From Candidatus Pacearchaeota archaeon (GTDB taxonomy: Archaea; Nanobdellota; Nanobdellia; Pacearchaeales; UBA284): a stretch of DNA of 32,000 nt. Position 1 is the first letter of the stretch; the number at the start of each line of letters is the position of its first letter. The position numbers were made by a program, and so were the translations under genes. Shown piece after piece: positions 24,211-31,092 of the stretch. The stretch spans positions 270,001 through 302,000 of the forward strand of contig CP061211.1 of NCBI GenBank assembly GCA_026016245.1, read 5' to 3'. Below the pieces are notes generated by a model. It had not been told where the DNA came from. It saw only the letters and a list, made by a program, of their open reading frames with translations, and did not search any database.

Positions 24211-24837
24211 ATGAAACAAAATCAGGAAAAAGTTTGGGATGCAATAGCAGAACAATGGTATCATTTTAGACAGAGACCTTTTAGAGATATTACTGCTGAG
24301 ATTGACAAAATAACTAGTGAATTCAAGCCTGGCAAGATTCTTGATATTGGATGTGGTAATTGTCGTCACTTATTGCCTTTTTTTAAAAGAGGTTTTGATT
24401 GTTATGGAATTGATTTTAGTAGTGAGATGTTGAAATATGCAAAGGAATTTTCTAAAAAATATGATTTTAAAGTCAAATTAAAGAAGGCAAAAGCAGAAAA
24501 ACTGCCTTTCAAGAACAAGAGTTTTAATTATGTTTTAAGCGTAGCTGTATTACATCATTTAAAAAAGAAAGAACAAGAGAAAGCTATTAAAGAAATATAT
24601 CGAATTCTAAAGCCAGGAGGAATAGCCCTTGTGTCTGTATGGAATAAATATCCTCTTCTGTCTTTATTTGTCAAAGAAAAATATGAAAAATGGACTGTTA
24701 AAGGTAAAACATACTACAGATACTTCTACATGTTTACTTCTTGGGAACTGAAAAAGTTATTAAAGAAAAATGGTTTTGAAATATCAAAGAGTAAGGTTGG
24801 GAAGAATATCATCTTAATCGTAAGAAAAATTTTATAA
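24211..24837 (+). CDS. Class I SAM-dependent methyltransferase, Trm9-like pattern
   Basis: Motif I is ILDIGCGNCRHL. Further motifs are YGIDFS..ML, FNYVLSVAVLHHL...EQEKAIKEIYRILKPGGIALVSVW. The SxAVxHH and VW elements recall Trm9/ALKBH8-type methyltransferases. Assignment to that subfamily is tentative. Confidence 0.6.
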   Translation: MKQNQEKVWDAIAEQWYHFRQRPFRDITAEIDKITSEFKPGKILDIGCGNCRHLLPFFKRGFDCYGIDFSSEMLKYAKEFSKKYDFKVKLKKAKAEKLPFKNKSFNYVLSVAVLHHLKKKEQEKAIKEIYRILKPGGIALVSVWNKYPLLSLFVKEKYEKWTVKGKTYYRYFYMFTSWELKKLLKKNGFEISKSKVGKNIILIVRKIL

Positions 24838-24838
24838 G
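24831..24838 (+). promoter_or_regulatory. TATA box for alaS
   Basis: TTTATAAG is centred about 26 nt upstream of the ATG at 24860 and overlaps the methyltransferase stop codon. Confidence 0.45.
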
Positions 24839-24859
24839 TAATATTATTTATTATTATCT

Positions 24860-26989
24860 ATGAAATCAGCAGAGCTCAAGAAGAGATATATAGAATTTTT
24901 CAAAAAGAAAGGACATAAAGAAATTCCTAATGCTAGTCTTATTCCAGAACATGATCCAAGTGTGTTATTCACGACAGCTGGAATGCATCCTCTAGTTCCT
25001 TTCCTTCTTGGACAGAAACATCCACAAGGCAAAAGGTTAGTTAATGCTCAAAAATGTTTAAGAACACAAGATATAGATGAAGTAGGCAATCCAATGCATC
25101 TCTCTTTTTTCGAAATGTTAGGAAACTGGTCATTAGGAGATTATTGGAAAAAGGAAGCAACTGAATACAGTTATGAATTTTTAACAAAAATTCTGAAGAT
25201 TGATCCAGAAAAATTATATATCACATGTTTTGCTGGAGATAAGGATGTTCCTAGAGATGAAGAGACAGCAAAAATCTGGCAATCTTTAGGCATTCCAAGA
25301 GAAAGAATTTACTTTTTGAGCAAGGAAGAAAATTGGTGGGGGCCTGTAGGAGAAACTGGGCCTTGCGGACCTGATACAGAGATGTTTGTTGATACAGGAA
25401 AAAAATCCTGTAGTAAGAATTGCCGTCCAGGATGTCCTTGTGGTAAATATTTTGAAATCTGGAATGATGTTTTTATGCAATACAACAAGACAAAAGTAAA
25501 AGCAATTCTCATCGATGCAATTCATTGTTTGTTTGACGAAAATAGAAAGATAAATAAAGAATTATTAGATTCGTTGATAACTTACGATATGTCTTTAATA
25601 ATTGTTACTAATGCTAATCTCGAAGACAAGAAAAACAAACCTCTTACAGAATTAATAAATAAATTTAAAGAGAAAATAGAAATTTTTACTTGTTTTAATA
25701 ATCCAAGTAAAAAAGATTCCAAATATTTTGAAATGTTATTAAAAGAATATAATCTAAAACCAGACGAAGTTATTTATTTTGATCATTCAACAGACAATAT
25801 AAACTCTGCTAGAAAAATAGGTATTAACTCAAAATTATACAAATCTCCTAAACAAATCAAAAAATTCATAGAAGAAAACCTATATTATTACCAATCACTA
25901 AAACAAAAAAATGTTGATACAGGGATGGGGGTTGAAAGAACAGTTACAATACTTCAGGGGGAAAAATCTGTTTATGAAATTAAAATACTAAAGCCAATAA
26001 TGGATAAAATTAAAGAACTAGCTAAGATAAAAGAGCCAGATGAAAAACAACTAAGAAGTATGAGGATAATTACTGACCATATCAGAGCCTCTGTATTTAT
26101 ACTTGGAGATGAAAATTCTGTTGTTCCTAGCAATGTTGATCAAGGTTATATTTTAAGGAGATTTATCAGAAGAGCTATGAGATATGGAAGGCTTCTAGGA
26201 ATGCAAAATTTTATTCAAGAAATAGCAAAAATTGTTATAAAAATTAACAAAGATTATCCTCTAAAGAAAAAGGAAAAATTTATTTTATCTGAATTAAAAA
26301 AAGATGAGGAAAAATTCAGAAAAACTCTTGAAAAAGGCCTTAATAAATTTAATAGGATGGCGGTAGATAAGAAAATCTCAGGTAAAGAAGCCTTTCTTTT
26401 GTTCCAGTCTTATGGTTTTCCAATAGAAATGACAAAGGAACTAGCAGAAGAAAAAAATATTGAGATTGATGAAAAAGGATTTTATCTTGAATATAAAAAA
26501 CATCAAGAAATATCAAGAGTTGGTGCTGAAAAGAAATTCAAAGGTGGTTTATCAGATGCAAGTTATGAAACAACAAAACTTCATACAGCTGCTCATCTTC
26601 TATTATATGCATTAAGAAAAGCTTTAAATCCAGATATTGTGCAAAAAGGTTCTAATATCACCCCAGAAAGAATAAGGTTTGATTTTAATTTTGACAGAAA
26701 ATTAACAGATGATGAAATAAAGAAAGTAGAGAAAATAGTTAATGATAAAATCAAGCAAGAAATTGAAGTTGTGAGAAAAGAGATGCCTGTTACAGAGGCA
26801 AAAAAAATAGCAAAATCACCTTTTGAATATAAAAGCAAGATTGTTTCTGTTTATATTATTGATGATTGCATTGAAATTTGTATGGGGCCTCATGTTAAAA
26901 ATACAAAAGAGTTAGGAAAGTTTAAAATAACAAAACAAGAGGCTGTTGCGGGCGGAGTTAGAAGAATTAGGGCTGTTTTAGAATCTTAA
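24860..26989 (+). CDS. alaS: Alanyl-tRNA synthetase, bacterial-type core, short form without a C-Ala domain, carrying an internal HAD-like insertion
   Basis: The N-terminus (MKSAELKKRYIEFFKKKGHKEIPNASLIPEHDPSVLFTTAGM...FFEMLGNWSLGDYWK...GPCGPDTEMF...FEIWNDVFMQYN...VDTGMGVER) matches the bacterial AlaRS pattern. Editing-domain motifs HTAAHLL (HxxxH) and CMGPH (CxxxH) are present. Confidence 0.9.
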   Translation: MKSAELKKRYIEFFKKKGHKEIPNASLIPEHDPSVLFTTAGMHPLVPFLLGQKHPQGKRLVNAQKCLRTQDIDEVGNPMHLSFFEMLGNWSLGDYWKKEATEYSYEFLTKILKIDPEKLYITCFAGDKDVPRDEETAKIWQSLGIPRERIYFLSKEENWWGPVGETGPCGPDTEMFVDTGKKSCSKNCRPGCPCGKYFEIWNDVFMQYNKTKVKAILIDAIHCLFDENRKINKELLDSLITYDMSLIIVTNANLEDKKNKPLTELINKFKEKIEIFTCFNNPSKKDSKYFEMLLKEYNLKPDEVIYFDHSTDNINSARKIGINSKLYKSPKQIKKFIEENLYYYQSLKQKNVDTGMGVERTVTILQGEKSVYEIKILKPIMDKIKELAKIKEPDEKQLRSMRIITDHIRASVFILGDENSVVPSNVDQGYILRRFIRRAMRYGRLLGMQNFIQEIAKIVIKINKDYPLKKKEKFILSELKKDEEKFRKTLEKGLNKFNRMAVDKKISGKEAFLLFQSYGFPIEMTKELAEEKNIEIDEKGFYLEYKKHQEISRVGAEKKFKGGLSDASYETTKLHTAAHLLLYALRKALNPDIVQKGSNITPERIRFDFNFDRKLTDDEIKKVEKIVNDKIKQEIEVVRKEMPVTEAKKIAKSPFEYKSKIVSVYIIDDCIEICMGPHVKNTKELGKFKITKQEAVAGGVRRIRAVLES
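25496..25894 (+). other. In-frame HAD-superfamily-like domain inserted in AlaRS (about residues 213-345)
   Basis: KAILIDAIHCLFD is motif-I-like (Asp nucleophile, D+2 position is Ile, as in D-x-Y-G-T-L dehalogenase-type variants). LIIVTNA matches motif II, PSKKDSKYFEMLLKEYNLKPDEVIYFDHSTDNINSARKIGI matches motifs III/IV, partly degenerate. It replaces the short loop that bacterial AlaRS has between FMQ(F/Y)N and the L-P-x-K-x-(V/I)-DTGMG segment. Confidence 0.6.
26966..26984. repeat. Direct repeat copy 1 (ATTAGGGCTGTTTTAGAAT) at the live alaS 3' end
   Basis: A 19/19 identity with 27985-28003. It extends to 23 nt with one mismatch (AAG[A/G]ATTAGGG...). Confidence 0.85.
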
Positions 26990-27874
26990 TCTCTCTTTTT
27001 TTAACATAGATATCAAAAATCTGACAAATGATCCCAAATTGCCAGTTCTGTGCATTTTTTGTAAAACTTGATAATACTTGAACTTTCTTTTTTTTGGAAT
27101 ATTTATCATAGGATAGTGACTCTTATGCATTATAAAATTCATTAATAATCTCCCAACTCTGCCATTACCATCAACAAAGGGATGTATTCTTTCAAATTCT
27201 GTATGAAAATAAGAAGCTAAAACTAGCGGATGCAGTTTCTTTTTATTTGTACCATACCATCTTAATAATTTTGCCATTTCTCTAGGAACATCTTGCGGTT
27301 TAGGTGGGATTGATCTTCCAACAAATACCTGAATAGTTCTATATCTGCCTATTTGAGAAATCAAATCTTGTCTTAGCGCATTTATAATAACCAGCTTATG
27401 AATCTCTAAAATAAATTCTTTTGTCAGGTCTTTTTTATAATTTAAGATATAGTCAAATGCTTTTTTATGATTTATTGTTTCATTAATCTCCCTCAAGGAT
27501 TTTGATTTTGGAACAATGCCTTCAAATAGCAAATAAGATGTTTCTGATAAAGTTAGGGTATTTCCTTCTATACCTGTTGAGTCATAAGTAAATAAAGAAC
27601 AAAATGCCTCATATCTATTTTCATAATTTTCCTTGGGTTCTTTAGAAAAATCCCTTTTTATTTTTTCTAAAAATTCGGTTTCTTCTTTTGTCAAGATTAC
27701 ACTAAAAACATTCAACTTTTTATCTGCATCCTTTTCTTTTCTTTTAAGCTCTTCTCTTGTCAGATTAACCCCGAGATATATTCTTTCTTTTTTTACTCGC
27801 TTTCCTTCTCTTATTGCCTTAGCCCTATAATAATATTTTTTTTTGTTTTTTTCTTGAATTTCTGTATGAACCAT
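26978..27874 (-). CDS. Fic domain protein (putative AMP-transferase) with an internal inhibitory-helix motif
   Basis: The canonical Fic motif HPFVDGNGRVGR (HPFx[D/E]GNGRxxR) is present. An upstream STGIEG fits the autoinhibitory [S/T]xxxE[G/N] motif. Its last codons and stop overlap the alaS 3' end by 12 nt. Confidence 0.9.
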   Translation of the reverse strand: MVHTEIQEKNKKKYYYRAKAIREGKRVKKERIYLGVNLTREELKRKEKDADKKLNVFSVILTKEETEFLEKIKRDFSKEPKENYENRYEAFCSLFTYDSTGIEGNTLTLSETSYLLFEGIVPKSKSLREINETINHKKAFDYILNYKKDLTKEFILEIHKLVIINALRQDLISQIGRYRTIQVFVGRSIPPKPQDVPREMAKLLRWYGTNKKKLHPLVLASYFHTEFERIHPFVDGNGRVGRLLMNFIMHKSHYPMINIPKKRKFKYYQVLQKMHRTGNLGSFVRFLISMLKKERLRF

Positions 27875-27984
27875 GATATAATTATGACTACATTATTTAT
27901 AAATTTTTCTATTATGTAGTCATATAAATTATGACTACTTTGTTGGATTTTATCCTATTTTTGTAGCCATAACGTATAAAAAGG
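26985..27984. mobile_element. About 1-kb single-gene (Fic) insertion cassette bounded by the 19-bp direct repeats
   Basis: This is the segment between the two repeat copies, and it carries only the Fic gene and its promoter/operator. No recombinase lies within it, so mobility is inferred from the duplication alone. Confidence 0.45.
27883..27924. promoter_or_regulatory. 11-bp inverted repeat enclosing the Fic TATA box (candidate operator)
   Basis: TATGACTACAT (27883-27893) and ATGTAGTCATA (27914-27924) are perfect reverse complements. They flank the palindromic TTTATAAA (27896-27903), which is centred about 25 nt upstream of the Fic ATG (27874). A third, direct copy AATTATGACTAC is at 27927-27938 (compare 27880-27891). 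Confidence 0.5.
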
Positions 27985-28005
27985 ATTAGGGCTGTTTTAG
28001 AATAA
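27982..28005 (+). pseudogene. Relic alaS 3' end (…RIRAVLE-stop)
   Basis: AGG ATT AGG GCT GTT TTA GAA TAA reads RIRAVLE*, the same peptide as the live alaS end (RRIRAVLES*). Its stop codon directly abuts the leuS stop codon (28006-28008). Confidence 0.55.
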
Positions 28006-31000
28006 TTACTCAATATAAATTGCTGGTTTTCCTGGTTTAGCTTTCTTTGCTTTCTTTTTTGGATCATAAGTTATTTTGTTAGATGTTTGAAAATCAACTT
28101 TACAATTAAATTCCTTTTCAAGTTCTTTTGGATTATAAACCTTAAGCTCTTTAGGGATAACATAAACATATATTCCTTTGGGTCTTGTTCCTAATATTTT
28201 AACAATCTGTCTTATATCTTGCTTTAACTTTTCTTGGATTTCTTCTTCTTTCTCAAATGCAAGATTAATCTTTTTTTCATTGTATTTTGGCCATGATTCA
28301 AGTGAAATGAATGTCTTATTCCATTGATGCCATAATTCTTCTGTTATGTGTGGACAGAAAGGATGAAGCATTTTCAAAAAAGCTTCTGCTGTTTTTTTAT
28401 CAATTTCTGTGAAATAATCAAATAATTTTCTGATTTTTATCACAGCAAGATTATATCTAAATTCCTTTATATCCTGAGTTACTTCTTTTATTGTCTTGTT
28501 TAATTTGCTTTCTAATCTAGGATCTGATTTTCCAAATTTAAGTTTTGTGAAATAGCCCATAACTCTATTAATAAAACGCAAACTTCCTTCAACACCTTTA
28601 TCACCCCATTTAAGGTCTTTATCAGGGCTAGCCATTGAAACTAAAAATAATCTGGCAGTATCAATTCCATATTTTTTACTGACTTCTTCTGGCAAAACAA
28701 CATTCCCATATGATTTAGACATTTTTCTGCCATCAGGGCCATGTAATACACCCTGATTAAACAGTTTTAGAGTAGGTTCATCAATATTGAGCAAACCTAA
28801 ATCTCGCAAAAATTTAGTATAGAATCTGAAATAAATAAGATGGCCTGTAGCATGTTCTTTTCCACCAATATATTGATCAATTGGCATCCAATATTTTACT
28901 TTTTTCTTATCGAAGATTTTATTTTTGTTTTTAGGATCACAATATCTCAAGAAATACCAAGAAGAATTAACAAATGTATCCATAGTATCTGTCTCTCTTT
29001 TTGCATCTTTTTTACATTTAGGACATTTGACTTTAATCCAGGTTTTTACAGTTTCAAGAGGATTTCCTTTTCCAAATTTAACTTTTTCAGGAAGTTTTAT
29101 TGGTAAATCTTTTTCAGGAACAGGAACAATACCACATTTATCACAATAAATTATAGGAATAGGGGTGCCCCAATATCTCTGCCTGCTTATAAGCCAATCT
29201 TTTAATTTATATTGAATTGTATGTTTGCCTTTGTTTTTTTGTTGTAAGGATTTTGAAATTTCAATGATTGCTTTTTCACTTGTCATCTTGTTAAATTTTC
29301 CAGAATTAACAAGAATACCATAATCAACATAAGCTTGCTTCATTGTTTTCTCACTTAACTTCTTATCTTTTTTTGGCTGTATGACAACTCTAATAGGAAT
29401 TTTGTATTTCTTGGCAAATTCAAAATCTCTCTGATCATGAGCAGGAACAGCCATTACCATTCCTGATCCATACTCTGCAAGAACAAAATTTCCTACATAA
29501 ACAGGAACTTTTTCATTATTAATTGGGTTTATTGCATATTTTCCTATAAAAACCCCTTCCTTGTCCATCTTATCAATATCTTCTTGCTTAATTCCTCTTA
29601 ACTTGCTAACAAAACTCATGACTTCTTTCTCTTGTTTTGTTCCTTTCACTAATTCTGGAAGTTCTGGATGCTGAGCAGATATAACCATGAAAGTCACACC
29701 AAAAATAGTATCTGCTCTTGTTGTGAATATTGGCCATTTTTTTCTTGAAATTACTTCTTTTAATAATTCTGGAAATTCTTGTGTTCCCATATGTTTCTCA
29801 AGAAAATGTCCTTTGTCTTTTAATGTAGTTGGGGGGACATCTAATTTCTCAGAAATTATCCTTACACTTTTTCTTATAGATTCATTTTCATTATTTGAAA
29901 CAAAGATAATAATTTCTCCAATATTCTCTTTAATTTTATTGTCAATTTTAAATCTCAACAAATCTTCAAAGGGCGTTTTTTCCTTTGCATAAGCAATTGC
30001 AGGAGCAATCAAGATTAATTTCTTTATCCTTTTCTTTGTTTCTCCTAACCACCTAATCAAAAAACCTCCTCCCCCGCTATGTCCAATTAAAACACTATTT
30101 TCATTAATATTCAAATTTTTAAATTCTTTCTTCCAATCATTATATTTTGGATTCCAGTTATTAGGCATTAATGGAGCTTCTGTTTTAATTCCTTTTTTTT
30201 CAAGTTGTTTCTTAATCCAAGGAATCCAATGTCTTTCATTTTGCGGAGGTTCTCCTCTAGCTAACTTTTCTTTATCTTTTTTATTTACTCCATGAACAAC
30301 CACGCAGTTAATATCCTTATCCTCAATCTCAAAATCAATATCAACACCATGACTCTTGCCTATCCAATATTTTTGCATTAACTTAATATCTTCTGGCCAA
30401 TCCTTTAGTTTGTCAATTTTATCATAAAGCTCTGAAGCATATTTTGTAATTTTGAAAAACCACTGCTCTAATTGCTTTATCTCAACTTCTGTATCTTCAT
30501 GACGCCAACATTTTCCATTAATAACTTGCTCGTTTGCCAGAACAGTTTTACATCTTGGACAGTAATTAACAGGAGCTTTCTTTCTGTAAGCTATTCCCTT
30601 CTTAAACATCTGCAAGAAAATCCATTGATCCCACTTGTAATAACTAAGATCATGAGTCATAACTAAGCGAGACCAATCATAACTTATGCCAAGACCTTTC
30701 TGTTGTTTGATAAAGTTGGAAATTGCTCTATCTGTATATTTTTTAGGATGAATTTTTTCTTTGATAGCTGCATTTTCTGCTGGTAATCCTAAAGAATCAT
30801 AGCCCATTGGATAAAGAACATTATAGCCTTGCATTCTCATAAATCTAGCATAAATATCCCCAATAGTATAATTAAAAGCATGACCCATATGCAAGCCATA
30901 AGCAGAAGGATATGGAAACATCTCTAATACATAGAATTTCTTCTTTCCCTTCTTCTCACTAACAACAAAGATTTTTTTCTTTTCCCACTCTTGCTGCCAC

Positions 31001-31035
31001 TTTTTTTCGATGGCTTGGAAGTTAAATCTTGCCAT
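28006..31035 (-). CDS. leuS: Leucyl-tRNA synthetase, bacterial-type, carrying an internal alpha/beta serine-hydrolase-like insertion
   Basis: HMGH is present (PYPSAYGLHMGHAFNY). GLPAENAA, the WIGKSHGVDIDF...FTTRADTIFG entry into CP1, AVPAHDQRDFEFA, RDWLISRQRYWGTPIP and a KMSKS loop (RKMSKSYGN) are colinear with bacterial LeuRS such as the E. coli enzyme. Confidence 0.92.
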   Translation of the reverse strand: MARFNFQAIEKKWQQEWEKKKIFVVSEKKGKKKFYVLEMFPYPSAYGLHMGHAFNYTIGDIYARFMRMQGYNVLYPMGYDSLGLPAENAAIKEKIHPKKYTDRAISNFIKQQKGLGISYDWSRLVMTHDLSYYKWDQWIFLQMFKKGIAYRKKAPVNYCPRCKTVLANEQVINGKCWRHEDTEVEIKQLEQWFFKITKYASELYDKIDKLKDWPEDIKLMQKYWIGKSHGVDIDFEIEDKDINCVVVHGVNKKDKEKLARGEPPQNERHWIPWIKKQLEKKGIKTEAPLMPNNWNPKYNDWKKEFKNLNINENSVLIGHSGGGGFLIRWLGETKKRIKKLILIAPAIAYAKEKTPFEDLLRFKIDNKIKENIGEIIIFVSNNENESIRKSVRIISEKLDVPPTTLKDKGHFLEKHMGTQEFPELLKEVISRKKWPIFTTRADTIFGVTFMVISAQHPELPELVKGTKQEKEVMSFVSKLRGIKQEDIDKMDKEGVFIGKYAINPINNEKVPVYVGNFVLAEYGSGMVMAVPAHDQRDFEFAKKYKIPIRVVIQPKKDKKLSEKTMKQAYVDYGILVNSGKFNKMTSEKAIIEISKSLQQKNKGKHTIQYKLKDWLISRQRYWGTPIPIIYCDKCGIVPVPEKDLPIKLPEKVKFGKGNPLETVKTWIKVKCPKCKKDAKRETDTMDTFVNSSWYFLRYCDPKNKNKIFDKKKVKYWMPIDQYIGGKEHATGHLIYFRFYTKFLRDLGLLNIDEPTLKLFNQGVLHGPDGRKMSKSYGNVVLPEEVSKKYGIDTARLFLVSMASPDKDLKWGDKGVEGSLRFINRVMGYFTKLKFGKSDPRLESKLNKTIKEVTQDIKEFRYNLAVIKIRKLFDYFTEIDKKTAEAFLKMLHPFCPHITEELWHQWNKTFISLESWPKYNEKKINLAFEKEEEIQEKLKQDIRQIVKILGTRPKGIYVYVIPKELKVYNPKELEKEFNCKVDFQTSNKITYDPKKKAKKAKPGKPAIYIE
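29740..30312 (-). other. In-frame YdeN/RBBP9-type (PF06821-like) serine hydrolase domain inserted in LeuRS (about residues 242-432)
   Basis: VVVHG...HWIPWIKKQLEKKGI...PLMPN..NPKYNDW...SVLIGHSGGGGFLIRWL...IKKLILIAP...IIIFVSNNENES...KDKGHFLEKHMG.QEFPELL parallels the YdeN family layout, with a GHSxG nucleophile elbow and a GHF histidine. It sits between FEIEDKD and WPIFTTRADT, where E. coli LeuRS has only a short hairpin loop. Confidence 0.65.
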
Positions 31036-31056
31036 ATGGAACTAAAGAATAAGATA

Positions 31057-31064
31057 TTTTTAAA
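31057..31064 (-). promoter_or_regulatory. TATA-like box for leuS
   Basis: Minus-strand TTTAAAAA is centred about 25 nt upstream of the leuS ATG (31035). Confidence 0.4.
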
Positions 31065-31092
31065 TCTTAAGAAAAATTAAGAATATTAAAAA

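Noticed and set aside
25496-25894. Possibility that the AlaRS insert is an intein
   Set aside because: There is no Cys/Ser/Thr at the insert's first residue (it begins VKAILID). There is no terminal His-Asn followed by a Cys/Ser/Thr nucleophile in a splice-junction context (it ends ...NLYYYQ). No HINT blocks or homing-endonuclease motifs are present. The order of elements is HAD-like instead.
29740-30312. Possibility that the LeuRS insert is an intein or a separate nested gene
   Set aside because: It begins INCVVVHG and ends ...EVISRKK, with no intein junction residues. The frame is continuous with the flanking LeuRS segments. No internal promoter/start plus stop arrangement exists that would define an independent gene.
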